DNA of 64,000 bases from Lentisphaerae bacterium GWF2_57_35 (GTDB taxonomy: Bacteria; Verrucomicrobiota; Kiritimatiellia; CAIQIC01; GWF2-57-35): the NCBI GenBank assembly GCA_001804865.1, contig MHBK01000048.1, positions 4,843 through 68,842 of the forward strand. The letters are read 5' to 3'. The first letter of the stretch is position 1, and each line of letters begins with the position of its first letter. The translations under genes were made by a program, and so were the position numbers. The notes below the pieces were generated by a model. The model was not told the origin of the DNA and searched no databases. It worked only from the letters and a program-made list of their open reading frames with translations. Shown in pieces: positions 40,229 through 48,592 of the stretch.

Positions 40229-40687
40229 ATGACAAACGAAGACAATGCAAAGCCCGCAGAAGCCGCCGCCCGTCCCGACCTGCCGGATGTGGCCGGCGAA
40301 CACCTCGAAGAGGGCACCGATCTGGGCGCCATACAAATTCATAATAATGTAATTGCCATCATTGCCCGATTGTCGGCCCTTAAAGTGCCGGGCGTCGTCG
40401 AGATGAGCGGTTCCATTGTGGATGGTATCGCCGGAATGATTGGAAAAAAGAGTCTCGATCGGGGCATCCGGGTCGATTTGGACGATAATACGGTGACGGT
40501 AGAATTGCATGTAGTGCTGGAATACGGCGTTCGTATTCCGCAAGTAGCCTGGCAGTTGCAGAACGAAGTCCGCCAGGCGGTCGGCCAGATGACGGGTAAG
40601 AACGTCCGGGCCGTCAATGTGGTGGTGCAAAGCGTGCGTTTGCCCGATGAAAACAAGCCGGTTCTCAAGGAAGGGTGTGCGCCATGA
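40229..40687 (+). CDS. Asp23/Gls24-family protein (YqhY-like, downstream of accBC)
   Basis: 'IQIHNNVIAIIARLSALKVPGVVEM' and 'VTVELHVVLEYGVRIPQVAWQLQNEVRQAV' are the typical Asp23-family pattern. ATG 40229 has a GGGGGAAAAG SD. Confidence 0.75.
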   Translation: MTNEDNAKPAEAAARPDLPDVAGEHLEEGTDLGAIQIHNNVIAIIARLSALKVPGVVEMSGSIVDGIAGMIGKKSLDRGIRVDLDDNTVTVELHVVLEYGVRIPQVAWQLQNEVRQAVGQMTGKNVRAVNVVVQSVRLPDENKPVLKEGCAP

Positions 40688-41232
40688 AGTTTCTTCATGC
40701 TCTGTTCGGAACCTTGTTGTTTGCCGTGGTGATCCTGGTCGGCGGTTATATGGTTTATGCGTCGATGGACGGGGAACTGTGGCGGAAGTCGCTCGACTTT
40801 TTGGCGGCGGAGCGCTGGATTTCGCTGGGTGCGGGCGTGGCGCTGATTCTGCTGGCGGTGGTGTATCTTCTTAGCTGTTTTCGGAGAAAGTCTCGCGTGG
40901 AATTCCTTTCGTTCGAGAACGAAAGCGGCGCGGTCAGCATCAGCATGAATGCCATTGGCGATTTTCTGGGCAAGGTCGGCGATGAATTTGCGGCGGTGGA
41001 GGAGATGAAGCCGTCCATCCAGGCCATTTCCGGAGCGATCGAAGTGACGTTGGACGTGAAAGTGAAGGCCGGCACGCAGATTCCCGAATTGTGCCGGATG
41101 CTTCAGGATCGCGTCAAAGAGAGCATCACGACAAATCTGGGGCTCACGGACATCAAGGGCGTCCGCGTAAATGTGCAGGAGATTGTTTCTGCGCCCGCCG
41201 CCAGTACCGAGAAGCGTGAAACCCAGGAATAG
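40684..41232 (+). CDS. AmaP-like membrane anchor protein (alkaline-shock-protein partner)
   Basis: ATGA overlap with the Asp23 gene. Two N-terminal TM segments ('LFGTLLFAVVILVGGYMVY', 'WISLGAGVALILLAVVYLL'), then an Asp23-like soluble part 'GAVSISMNAIGDFL...IEVTLDVKV'. Confidence 0.55.
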   Translation: MKFLHALFGTLLFAVVILVGGYMVYASMDGELWRKSLDFLAAERWISLGAGVALILLAVVYLLSCFRRKSRVEFLSFENESGAVSISMNAIGDFLGKVGDEFAAVEEMKPSIQAISGAIEVTLDVKVKAGTQIPELCRMLQDRVKESITTNLGLTDIKGVRVNVQEIVSAPAASTEKRETQE

Positions 41233-41241
41233 AGATTCTGC

Positions 41242-41805
41242 ATGAATTGGGTTCAACTGGCGGAAGAATATCGAGCGGTCGGTCAGTTTGTATTAAACGA
41301 TCTGCGGGAACCCATCCTGGCGCTGTCCGAGGAGCTGGCCGGCCGTCTGAAGTCTGGCGGTAAGATCATGGCGTGTGGGAACGGCGGCAGCGCCGCCGAT
41401 GCCCAGCATTTTGCCGCCGAATTGATCAATCGATTTTTTAAGGAACGCCGGCCTTACGCGGGCTTGGCGCTGTCCACCGATACGTCCGTCCTCACCTGCA
41501 TCGGCAACGATTACAGTTACGATTTGGTTTTCGAGAAGCAGGTGCGCGCGCTGGGGCGGCCCGGCGATGTTTTGCTGGGCATCTCCACCAGCGGCAACTC
41601 TGAAAACGTATGCCGGGCGGTAACCGCTGCGCGCGAAATGGGCCTTTTGACCGTGGCGTTGCTGGGCGGCAAAGGCGGCAAGCTGGCTGGGATGGTCGAT
41701 CGTTCCTTTTGCATTTCCTGCACTTCCTGCACGCCGCGGATACAGGAAGGTCACCAATTGATCGTCCATGCTCTCTGCGAACGCATTGAAGAAATCTTAC
41801 AATAA
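41242..41805 (+). CDS. gmhA: Phosphoheptose isomerase (SIS domain)
   Basis: 'IMACGNGGSAADAQHFAAELINRF', 'LGISTSGNSENV' and 'TPRIQEGHQLIVHALCE'. Confidence 0.85.
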   Translation: MNWVQLAEEYRAVGQFVLNDLREPILALSEELAGRLKSGGKIMACGNGGSAADAQHFAAELINRFFKERRPYAGLALSTDTSVLTCIGNDYSYDLVFEKQVRALGRPGDVLLGISTSGNSENVCRAVTAAREMGLLTVALLGGKGGKLAGMVDRSFCISCTSCTPRIQEGHQLIVHALCERIEEILQ

Positions 41806-41817
41806 GGCGGGACGCCC

Positions 41818-42741
41818 ATGAATAATGGAAAAAACGGTTTGCAGCTTGTAGTGGTCGGCTCCATTGGCATCGATACGATCGAAACGCCCATGGCTCGACA
41901 AGAAAGAATTCTGGGCGGTTCGGCCAGTTATGCCTGTGCGGCCGCGTCCTTTTTTTCCGGCGTCGGCATGGTAGGGGTGGTCGGCACGGATTTTCCGGAC
42001 AAATGTCGGGCCTTGTACCGTCACTTCAATCTCGACTTGCAGGGCCTGCAAACGGCGCCTGGCGAGACGTTCCGTTGGTCGGGCGTCTATGAAGCCAACA
42101 TGGACAATCGGCGCACGCTCAGCACGGAGCTGAATGTTTTTGCCGACTTTTCGCCGAATCTTCCTGAAGTCTATCGCGATGTGCCCTTTCTTTTCCTGGC
42201 CAATATTTCGCCGGCGCTGCAGGAGCGGGTTCTCGATCAGGTGAAGTCGCCCCGGTTCGTGCTCATGGATACGATGGATCTTTGGATCAACATTGCGCGT
42301 GACGATTTGCTTCGCGTCATACGGCGCGTGGATATGTTGACGGTCAACGAATCGGAGGCTCGATTGTTGACCGGCGAGCACGGCTTGATCAAGGCCGCTC
42401 GAAAACTTCTTACGATGGGGCCCAAGCATATTCTCGTGAAAAAGGGCGAGCACGGCAGCATTCTATTCTACGATGACCACATCTTTCTGATGCCGGCTTT
42501 TCCTCTGGAAAACGTGTGGGATCCGACGGGGGCGGGCGATACGTTTGCCGGCGGGTTCATGGGCTCGCTGGCCGCGGAGGGGACGGTCACCGAGGCTTCG
42601 ATCCGCCGCGCCATGATGTACGGCAGTATCTTGGCCTCTTTCGGCGTTGAGGAGTTCAGCTTGGACCGCCTGGAAAAACTCGACGCGCCGAGCATCGAAA
42701 AGCGCGCGGGCCTTTTCCGGGAAATGATCCGCCTGAATTAA
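41818..42741 (+). CDS. PfkB-family carbohydrate kinase
   Basis: The N-terminal 'VVVGSIGIDTI' and C-terminal 'DPTGAGDTFAGGF' signatures of ribokinase/PfkB kinases. The substrate is unknown. Adjacency to gmhA makes a heptose-phosphate kinase role possible but unproven. Confidence 0.7.
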   Translation: MNNGKNGLQLVVVGSIGIDTIETPMARQERILGGSASYACAAASFFSGVGMVGVVGTDFPDKCRALYRHFNLDLQGLQTAPGETFRWSGVYEANMDNRRTLSTELNVFADFSPNLPEVYRDVPFLFLANISPALQERVLDQVKSPRFVLMDTMDLWINIARDDLLRVIRRVDMLTVNESEARLLTGEHGLIKAARKLLTMGPKHILVKKGEHGSILFYDDHIFLMPAFPLENVWDPTGAGDTFAGGFMGSLAAEGTVTEASIRRAMMYGSILASFGVEEFSLDRLEKLDAPSIEKRAGLFREMIRLN

Positions 42742-43203
42742 CTGTTTTAGCGCCGATCCGGACCCTTCCGCAGGCTTGCAGAAATGCGGTTCTGGGGCCA
42801 TTTTCTTCAATAAAAGCACCTGATTTTGCTGCATTTTAAATTCTTTTCTTTGATGGACCGCCGTATGTAATGGGTTGGAGCCTGGAAGGCTGCGCAAGCC
42901 GGCCTTGGAGCCATTCCCGACGGAATAGGGCGGAGCCATTGACAGGTTTTCTTCGGTTGGTAACATTAAGCGCATGTTGTATCAATTCTCTGGAGTTCCT
43001 GGTTATTAACACTTGTTGTTCCATCAAGGGCGCATAGATTAGACTATAGGGCAAACCGACAGGATACGTTCCGGTCGCCTCTGCTGCATAGAACGTAGTG
43101 AATCTATTTCATGCAAAGCAGCGTGCGCCAACCGCGAAGGTATCGGAAGCTCAAGAAGCCGACTGACGGTCCCGCCCCAAGCCCAAGTTGCGTATGTAAA
43201 TTC

Positions 43204-44439
43204 ATGAAAACGAAACAGCAAAAAGGGGCGAGCATCCCCGTTGTCGAGCAATTGAGTTTCATGTTCTCCGTCGGTATAGAGTGTAGCTGTCCAGTGGTCG
43301 ATGGCGGCCATCGTGTGGATCAATTTGCCGCTACCGGCCATTATGAGCACTGGCAGAAGGATCTGTCGTTGATTCGAAATTTAGGCGTACAGTACGTGCG
43401 CTACGGGTTGCCCATCCATCGCGTTTTCTTGGGGCCGGGCCAGTATGACTGGACGTTTCCGGATATGGTTCTGTCGCGCATGCAGAAAATGGGCCTTATC
43501 CCCATTCTCGATCTGGTCCATTTCGGCCTGCCGGACTGGCTGGGCAACTTCCAAAACTCGGATTGGCCGAAATACGTGGCGGAGTACGCGCGGGCGGTGG
43601 CGGAGCGGTACCCGTGGATTTGGCTGTACACCCCCGTAAACGAGATCTACGTCACGGCGCAATTCAGCGGCGCCTTTGGGTGGTGGAACGAGCAGATGCG
43701 CTCGGATGCGGCCTTTATCGCCAACCTCAAGCATTGCGTCCGGGCTTCCATGCTCATGATGGAAACCATTCTGGAAATCTGTCCGTGCGCGGTATTTATT
43801 TTCAGCGAGAGCACCGAATATGTCCATGCCGGAGCGCCGGAGGTGGTTAGCCTGGCCCAGTTCATGAACGAGCGTCGCTTCATATCGCTCGACCTGCTCT
43901 TTGGCCATGACGTGTCCGCGCGGGTCTATCGTTACCTGATGAATTCGGGCATGACGCACGAAGAATACGAGTGGTTCCAGAAACAGCGCCATCTTCGAAG
44001 CCATTGCATCATGGGCACGGATTACTACATGACGAACGAGCATATCCTGAAGCCGGACGGAAGCACCATGGGTTCGGGCGAGATTTACGGCTACTATGTG
44101 ATTACCCGACAGTATTACGAACGATATCGATTGCCGGTGATGCATACGGAAACCAATCGCATCGCATCGGACGGAGTCTTCTGGTTGTGGAAAGAATGGA
44201 TGAATCTGTTGCGGTTGAGGGAAGATGGGATTCCCATTATCGGATTCACCTGGTATGGACTTGTCGACATGCGGGACTGGGATAGCGCACTGACCAAAAT
44301 ACGCGGTCATGTCAACGAAGTGGGGCTGTATACGTTGAGCCGGCGGCCCCGCAAGATTGCCCGGGAGTACCGTCGGCTCATTAACGAATATCAACATCTT
44401 AAAATCAGCGGTTCGAAGTTTCCGCCTCTCACGTCCTAA
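43204..44439 (+). CDS. GH1-like (clan GH-A TIM-barrel) glycoside hydrolase family protein
   Basis: 'FSVGIECSCP', 'WQKDLSLIRNLGVQYVRYGLPIH', acid/base-type 'YTPVNEIYV' and nucleophile-type 'VMHTETN'. Paralogue of the N-terminal half of the next gene. The start is uncertain (43204 or further downstream). Confidence 0.6.
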   Translation: MKTKQQKGASIPVVEQLSFMFSVGIECSCPVVDGGHRVDQFAATGHYEHWQKDLSLIRNLGVQYVRYGLPIHRVFLGPGQYDWTFPDMVLSRMQKMGLIPILDLVHFGLPDWLGNFQNSDWPKYVAEYARAVAERYPWIWLYTPVNEIYVTAQFSGAFGWWNEQMRSDAAFIANLKHCVRASMLMMETILEICPCAVFIFSESTEYVHAGAPEVVSLAQFMNERRFISLDLLFGHDVSARVYRYLMNSGMTHEEYEWFQKQRHLRSHCIMGTDYYMTNEHILKPDGSTMGSGEIYGYYVITRQYYERYRLPVMHTETNRIASDGVFWLWKEWMNLLRLREDGIPIIGFTWYGLVDMRDWDSALTKIRGHVNEVGLYTLSRRPRKIAREYRRLINEYQHLKISGSKFPPLTS

Positions 44440-44445
44440 GGCCGT

Positions 44446-47115
44446 CTATGAGCCTTGTACCGACACATAACGATAGTCCAGCGTCTCCAGACCCATCATA
44501 GGTTTGATCTCCGCCTTGCTGCGGCGATTTTCATGGGACACGCCTTGGACGATAATGGCGTGCATCTTCAAAACGGTAGCCTCCCAAGTGGAATCCTTGG
44601 CCTTGGCAATTCCTTTTCGAATGCGCTCCTGATCCGGCGACTCGATCAGTCTTTCGGCCGTCGCAACGAATTCTTCCGGCGTCGAAACGATATCCACCAG
44701 ATCGGAATACTGTTGGACGACTTCCGTGACGGGCGTAGAGATTACCGGGCGGCCGGTGGCCAGATATTCGAGGGCCTTTGTTGGGTTGATGTATTCCGTC
44801 GCCTCGTTGATGGCAAAACACATCATGCAAACATCAAAGGCCTTGCAGTAGTTCGGCAAGACGTCGTATCCGCGACCTCCCAGCCAGAAGAGATTCGGCG
44901 AGTGCGGCAGCAGGTTGGGATCGACTTTGACGACCGGTCCGATCATGGCGAAAGACCAATCGGGACGCATGCGCGCCAATTCGCCCACCAGATGATAATC
45001 GACGCGTTCGTCGATGACCCCAAACCAGCCGAAAATGGGGCGGGGGATGAAGTCAATATCCGGGGGAATCGTGACCGCGGGTTCCATTGCCTGTTCGAAA
45101 TGCTCGGCTTCGACTCCGCAGCCAAACGCATGAACATTGTTGTGCTGCTCCGCCTTCTTTTGTCCAAGGCGCGGGCCTCCGGCAAACACCACGTCGGCAT
45201 AGCTCATCAACCATTGCTCCACATCCACCAGCTTCTGGCTGGCGCCGGAGAACTTGGACAGCTCGTCCATGCAGTCATAGACGATGCCCGCGTGCTTGAA
45301 ATGTCCCAGCGACCAGATTGCATCCATGGGATTGTAATACCACAGAAGCGGCCGATCGAAAGACCCGCCCTGGTTGACCTGATCTAGCGCCCAGTGCGTC
45401 AGGCGGCGCAGCGTCTCGGGCAGCTCCGGATTTTGAGCCCACGAAGGAGGCATATGCGGGCAAGCCACCGTTACATTGGCCATGACGCGATGCATCTCCA
45501 TGCGCGGCTCGTCGCCTTGCGGACGATCGAAGAACGGCTCCTCCACAAAAAGCACCGGGTTCTTGACCGCAAAGCGCGAGAGGAACTGTTGAGGCCGTTG
45601 CCATACGAAGCCCCAGCGCAGGTGACTGAACACCAGAATGCCGCATCCGTCCGAGAAGGCGGGTGTGGGCTGGGCGATGGTCGGCGACAGAGGAATATTC
45701 TCCTCGGCGGCCGGTTTGGCGGAGGGCAGGGCCTGCGGCGTAGCTTTAAAGGCGTACTCCTGGGCACGCTTGTCCGCCGTCATGACGCGTTGTTCTTGTT
45801 CCGGCGGCATGACGATTTCCTGCCGGCTCAAGCTGCCGACCGGTATGACGCCCTGTCGCGCCAATTTGGAGTATATGCTTACCAGGGCGGTGGGCGTGCG
45901 CACTAGATTGCCGTTTTGTTGACGGACCAGTCTAAATATACCCACTTGATGGAGCTTGCCAATCTGATGCGTCAAGGCGCCATCCCAATCGATGTGATCG
46001 AACAAGGGCCACCAAATCATGCCCAGCAGAGGAATGCCGTTCTGGCGCAGCCGGCGCGAGTCATCCACCAGGCGCTCCAGCCAGATTCGACGGTTGATCG
46101 GCATGCCGTCGATGCTCGTCTCCGTGACCAGCATGGGCCGGGCATACCGGTTGTAGTACTCCGTGGCGACGCCGTAGAGGCCTGCGGGGGATTCCGCCTG
46201 GCGCTGGCGTATGGCGTCATGAGATCGCTCCAGCCGCCAATCGGAATGGGAATAGTAATCCAAACCGATCAGATCGGGCATCTGGGGATGCGTGCGGAAC
46301 CACTGCAAGTCGAGCGGAGTGATTCCGTAGGCGGTGATCCAATCGTACAGAGGGTGTTCCGAGTCCACGGCCCCGGATATCAAATCCAAGAGCAAAAAGC
46401 GCCGAAGATTTCGGCGGGTCACTTCCTCCGCCAGCGACTCGTCCAACGTTTGAAAATGGTCTGCCGCATCGCAAACGACGATTTTTCCCTCCGGTTGGAC
46501 ATGCCGGATGGCTCGTATAGCCCGGCTTGTGCCCATGGCTACGCGCGAGAGCACGGGAAAATAACCCGTCCACTTGCGGGAATGCGGAGGCCAGAAGCCG
46601 AAATCTCCGCTGAACAGACTGGTAACGAGCGGTTCGTTAATGGGGCACCACGTGGCAATGTCTTTCCGGTACCGCTGCACCATGGCTTCGGTGAACTGCT
46701 CCAGCGCTTCCGGAAATTCCGGATCGCCAACCGCAAGAGGCAACCAGACGGGCGTGCCGAAATGCATGACATCCATGATGGGCTGCAAGCCCAAGTCGAT
46801 GCAGTAACCGATGCGTTCATCGGCCTGCGACCAGTCGAATTTACCGCGCGAGGGCTCGCTGTAGTGCCAGGGGATCGAGTAACGAATGTGACTTAGTCCG
46901 AGTTCTTCTTTGACCAATTTCAGATCTTCTTTCCAGAACCGGTTATGCTGTGTCCATTCGTATTGATCGATATTGAGATGAGGAATGCAGGAGCCTTCGA
47001 TGCCCACGCCCCAGATGAATCCGGTCTCCTCAGGCAGAGTTGTCAGCTGTTCACCCGAACCTCCTTCCAACTCATTTAGGTCGAGTTCAATTTCGGTCAT
47101 TTCGTTGTTGTACAT
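44446..47115 (-). CDS. Fusion protein: N-terminal GH1-like TIM-barrel domain + C-terminal GT4-like glycosyltransferase
   Basis: N-terminal half: 'WGVGIEGSCIP', 'WKEDLKLVKEELGLSHIRYSIPWH', 'WCPINEPLV' and 'MLVTETSIDG'. C-terminal half: 'ILVFSHLRWGFVWQRPQQFLSRFA', which I recognise from TuaH-like GT4 enzymes, and 'INPTKALEYLATGRPVIST'. Start at 47115 (AAAGGA SD). The track ORF extends to 47238. Confidence 0.65.
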   Translation of the reverse strand: MYNNEMTEIELDLNELEGGSGEQLTTLPEETGFIWGVGIEGSCIPHLNIDQYEWTQHNRFWKEDLKLVKEELGLSHIRYSIPWHYSEPSRGKFDWSQADERIGYCIDLGLQPIMDVMHFGTPVWLPLAVGDPEFPEALEQFTEAMVQRYRKDIATWCPINEPLVTSLFSGDFGFWPPHSRKWTGYFPVLSRVAMGTSRAIRAIRHVQPEGKIVVCDAADHFQTLDESLAEEVTRRNLRRFLLLDLISGAVDSEHPLYDWITAYGITPLDLQWFRTHPQMPDLIGLDYYSHSDWRLERSHDAIRQRQAESPAGLYGVATEYYNRYARPMLVTETSIDGMPINRRIWLERLVDDSRRLRQNGIPLLGMIWWPLFDHIDWDGALTHQIGKLHQVGIFRLVRQQNGNLVRTPTALVSIYSKLARQGVIPVGSLSRQEIVMPPEQEQRVMTADKRAQEYAFKATPQALPSAKPAAEENIPLSPTIAQPTPAFSDGCGILVFSHLRWGFVWQRPQQFLSRFAVKNPVLFVEEPFFDRPQGDEPRMEMHRVMANVTVACPHMPPSWAQNPELPETLRRLTHWALDQVNQGGSFDRPLLWYYNPMDAIWSLGHFKHAGIVYDCMDELSKFSGASQKLVDVEQWLMSYADVVFAGGPRLGQKKAEQHNNVHAFGCGVEAEHFEQAMEPAVTIPPDIDFIPRPIFGWFGVIDERVDYHLVGELARMRPDWSFAMIGPVVKVDPNLLPHSPNLFWLGGRGYDVLPNYCKAFDVCMMCFAINEATEYINPTKALEYLATGRPVISTPVTEVVQQYSDLVDIVSTPEEFVATAERLIESPDQERIRKGIAKAKDSTWEATVLKMHAIIVQGVSHENRRSKAEIKPMMGLETLDYRYVSVQGS

Positions 47116-47519
47116 GATGGCGCCATCCTTTCCGGCTCCGGAACTGCCCCGGTTGTAATTGCACAGGCCGATCGATCGCTTGACGATCGCGGAGACGTTC
47201 TTCCGCATATTGAGTCCATTGAAACGAACCGGGAGCATCCGGCAGCGTCACTTTTTGTTTGATGTGCATCGCTTGCTTGCCTTGTGAAGGCCCGGAAGCT
47301 TTGCGGCTTTTATTCTGTTCGCTATCGGCTCTGCGTATTGCGATCATCGTTTATACATCCTTCTGCTCTATATCAGCATAGCACGCAAAATGGAGTTTGC
47401 TGAATGGGCGGGGGCCTGTTTTCACGTTTCTCAATCCCTGAGATGCCGGTTCCAAAAGGATCATTGTCCAAAGCGGCTTGACACGCTAGTTTCGCTTATG
47501 AAGAAGGGAGGGCGCCATC

Positions 47520-48530
47520 ATGCAAAAGCCAAAGATCAAGCGGCGCTGGACGAAAGACCGGGCGAGCCAATGGTATAAAGCGCAGCCCTGGCTTGTTGGC
47601 TGCAATTTCATTCCGAGCACGGCGATCAATCAGCTCGAAATGTGGCAGTCGAAGACGTTCGATCCCGCCGTCATTCGCCGCGAACTCGGATGGGCCGATA
47701 CGCTCGGCTTCAATACGCTGCGCGTCTATCTGCACGATTTGCTGTGGGAAGCCGAGGCGGAGAAGTTCAAGGAACGAATCGATCGGTTCCTGAAGATTTG
47801 CGAGAGCTATTCCATGCGGGTCATCTTGGTTTTGTTCGACGACTGCTGGTGCGACGATCCGGTCTTGGGAAAGCAGCGCGATCCGACGCCGGGCGTACAC
47901 AACTCCGGATGGAGCCGCAGCCCGGGGTCTAAAGCGGCCGCCGATCCGAAGCAGTGGCCGCGTTTGGAAAAGTATGTCAAGGAAGTGCTCGCGGCGTACG
48001 GGCAGGATCCGCGAGTGGTGGTTTGGGATCTGTACAACGAGCCGGGCAATTCCGAAATGCACGAAAAATCGTTGCCGTTGCTGCAGGCGGTCTTCGAATG
48101 GGCTCGAACGGTCGATGTGACTCAGCCTCTTACGTCCGGAATCTGGTATGGCAACGAGACGTTGAATGCGTTTCAACTGGCGCACTCCGACGTGACGACC
48201 TTTCACAATTACAACGGCATGGAAGAACTGCGAAAGCAGATTGCCGACTTGAAGAAGCTGGGGAGACCGGTCATCTGCACCGAATATATGCGCCGACCCG
48301 AAAGCCTTTTTGGGACGCATCTGGGCATCTTTCAGAAAGCGCACGTCGGGGCCATCAACTGGGGCTTGGTCAGCGGCAAGACGCAGACTATTTATCCGTG
48401 GGGCTCCAAGCCGGGCGCTCCGGAACCGGAGCTTTGGTTTCACGATATTTTTCACGCTGACGGCAAGCCTTTTCTTCCGGAAGAGGTCGATGTCATACGG
48501 CGATTTACGGGAAAGAAACCGGCGCCGTAA
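47520..48530 (+). CDS. GH5-like (clan GH-A) glycoside hydrolase
   Basis: 'QPWLVGCNFIPSTAINQLEMWQ', 'GFNTLRVYLH', acid/base motif 'VVWDLYNEPGN' and a candidate nucleophile in 'PVICTEYM'. Confidence 0.6.
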   Translation: MQKPKIKRRWTKDRASQWYKAQPWLVGCNFIPSTAINQLEMWQSKTFDPAVIRRELGWADTLGFNTLRVYLHDLLWEAEAEKFKERIDRFLKICESYSMRVILVLFDDCWCDDPVLGKQRDPTPGVHNSGWSRSPGSKAAADPKQWPRLEKYVKEVLAAYGQDPRVVVWDLYNEPGNSEMHEKSLPLLQAVFEWARTVDVTQPLTSGIWYGNETLNAFQLAHSDVTTFHNYNGMEELRKQIADLKKLGRPVICTEYMRRPESLFGTHLGIFQKAHVGAINWGLVSGKTQTIYPWGSKPGAPEPELWFHDIFHADGKPFLPEEVDVIRRFTGKKPAP

Positions 48531-48592
48531 CGGAGCCGCGCAGCGTCGTACGTGTCGGCGGACGCGAGGCGCATGGGGGAGGCCATATCGGG

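Noticed and set aside
42742-43203. A 460-bp gap upstream of the GH1-like gene as a possible ncRNA or riboswitch
   Set aside because: I recognised no conserved-looking structure or known motif. The only ORFs there (42836-43054 and 43039-43350, both minus) have no coding features. It is most simply a long promoter/leader region.
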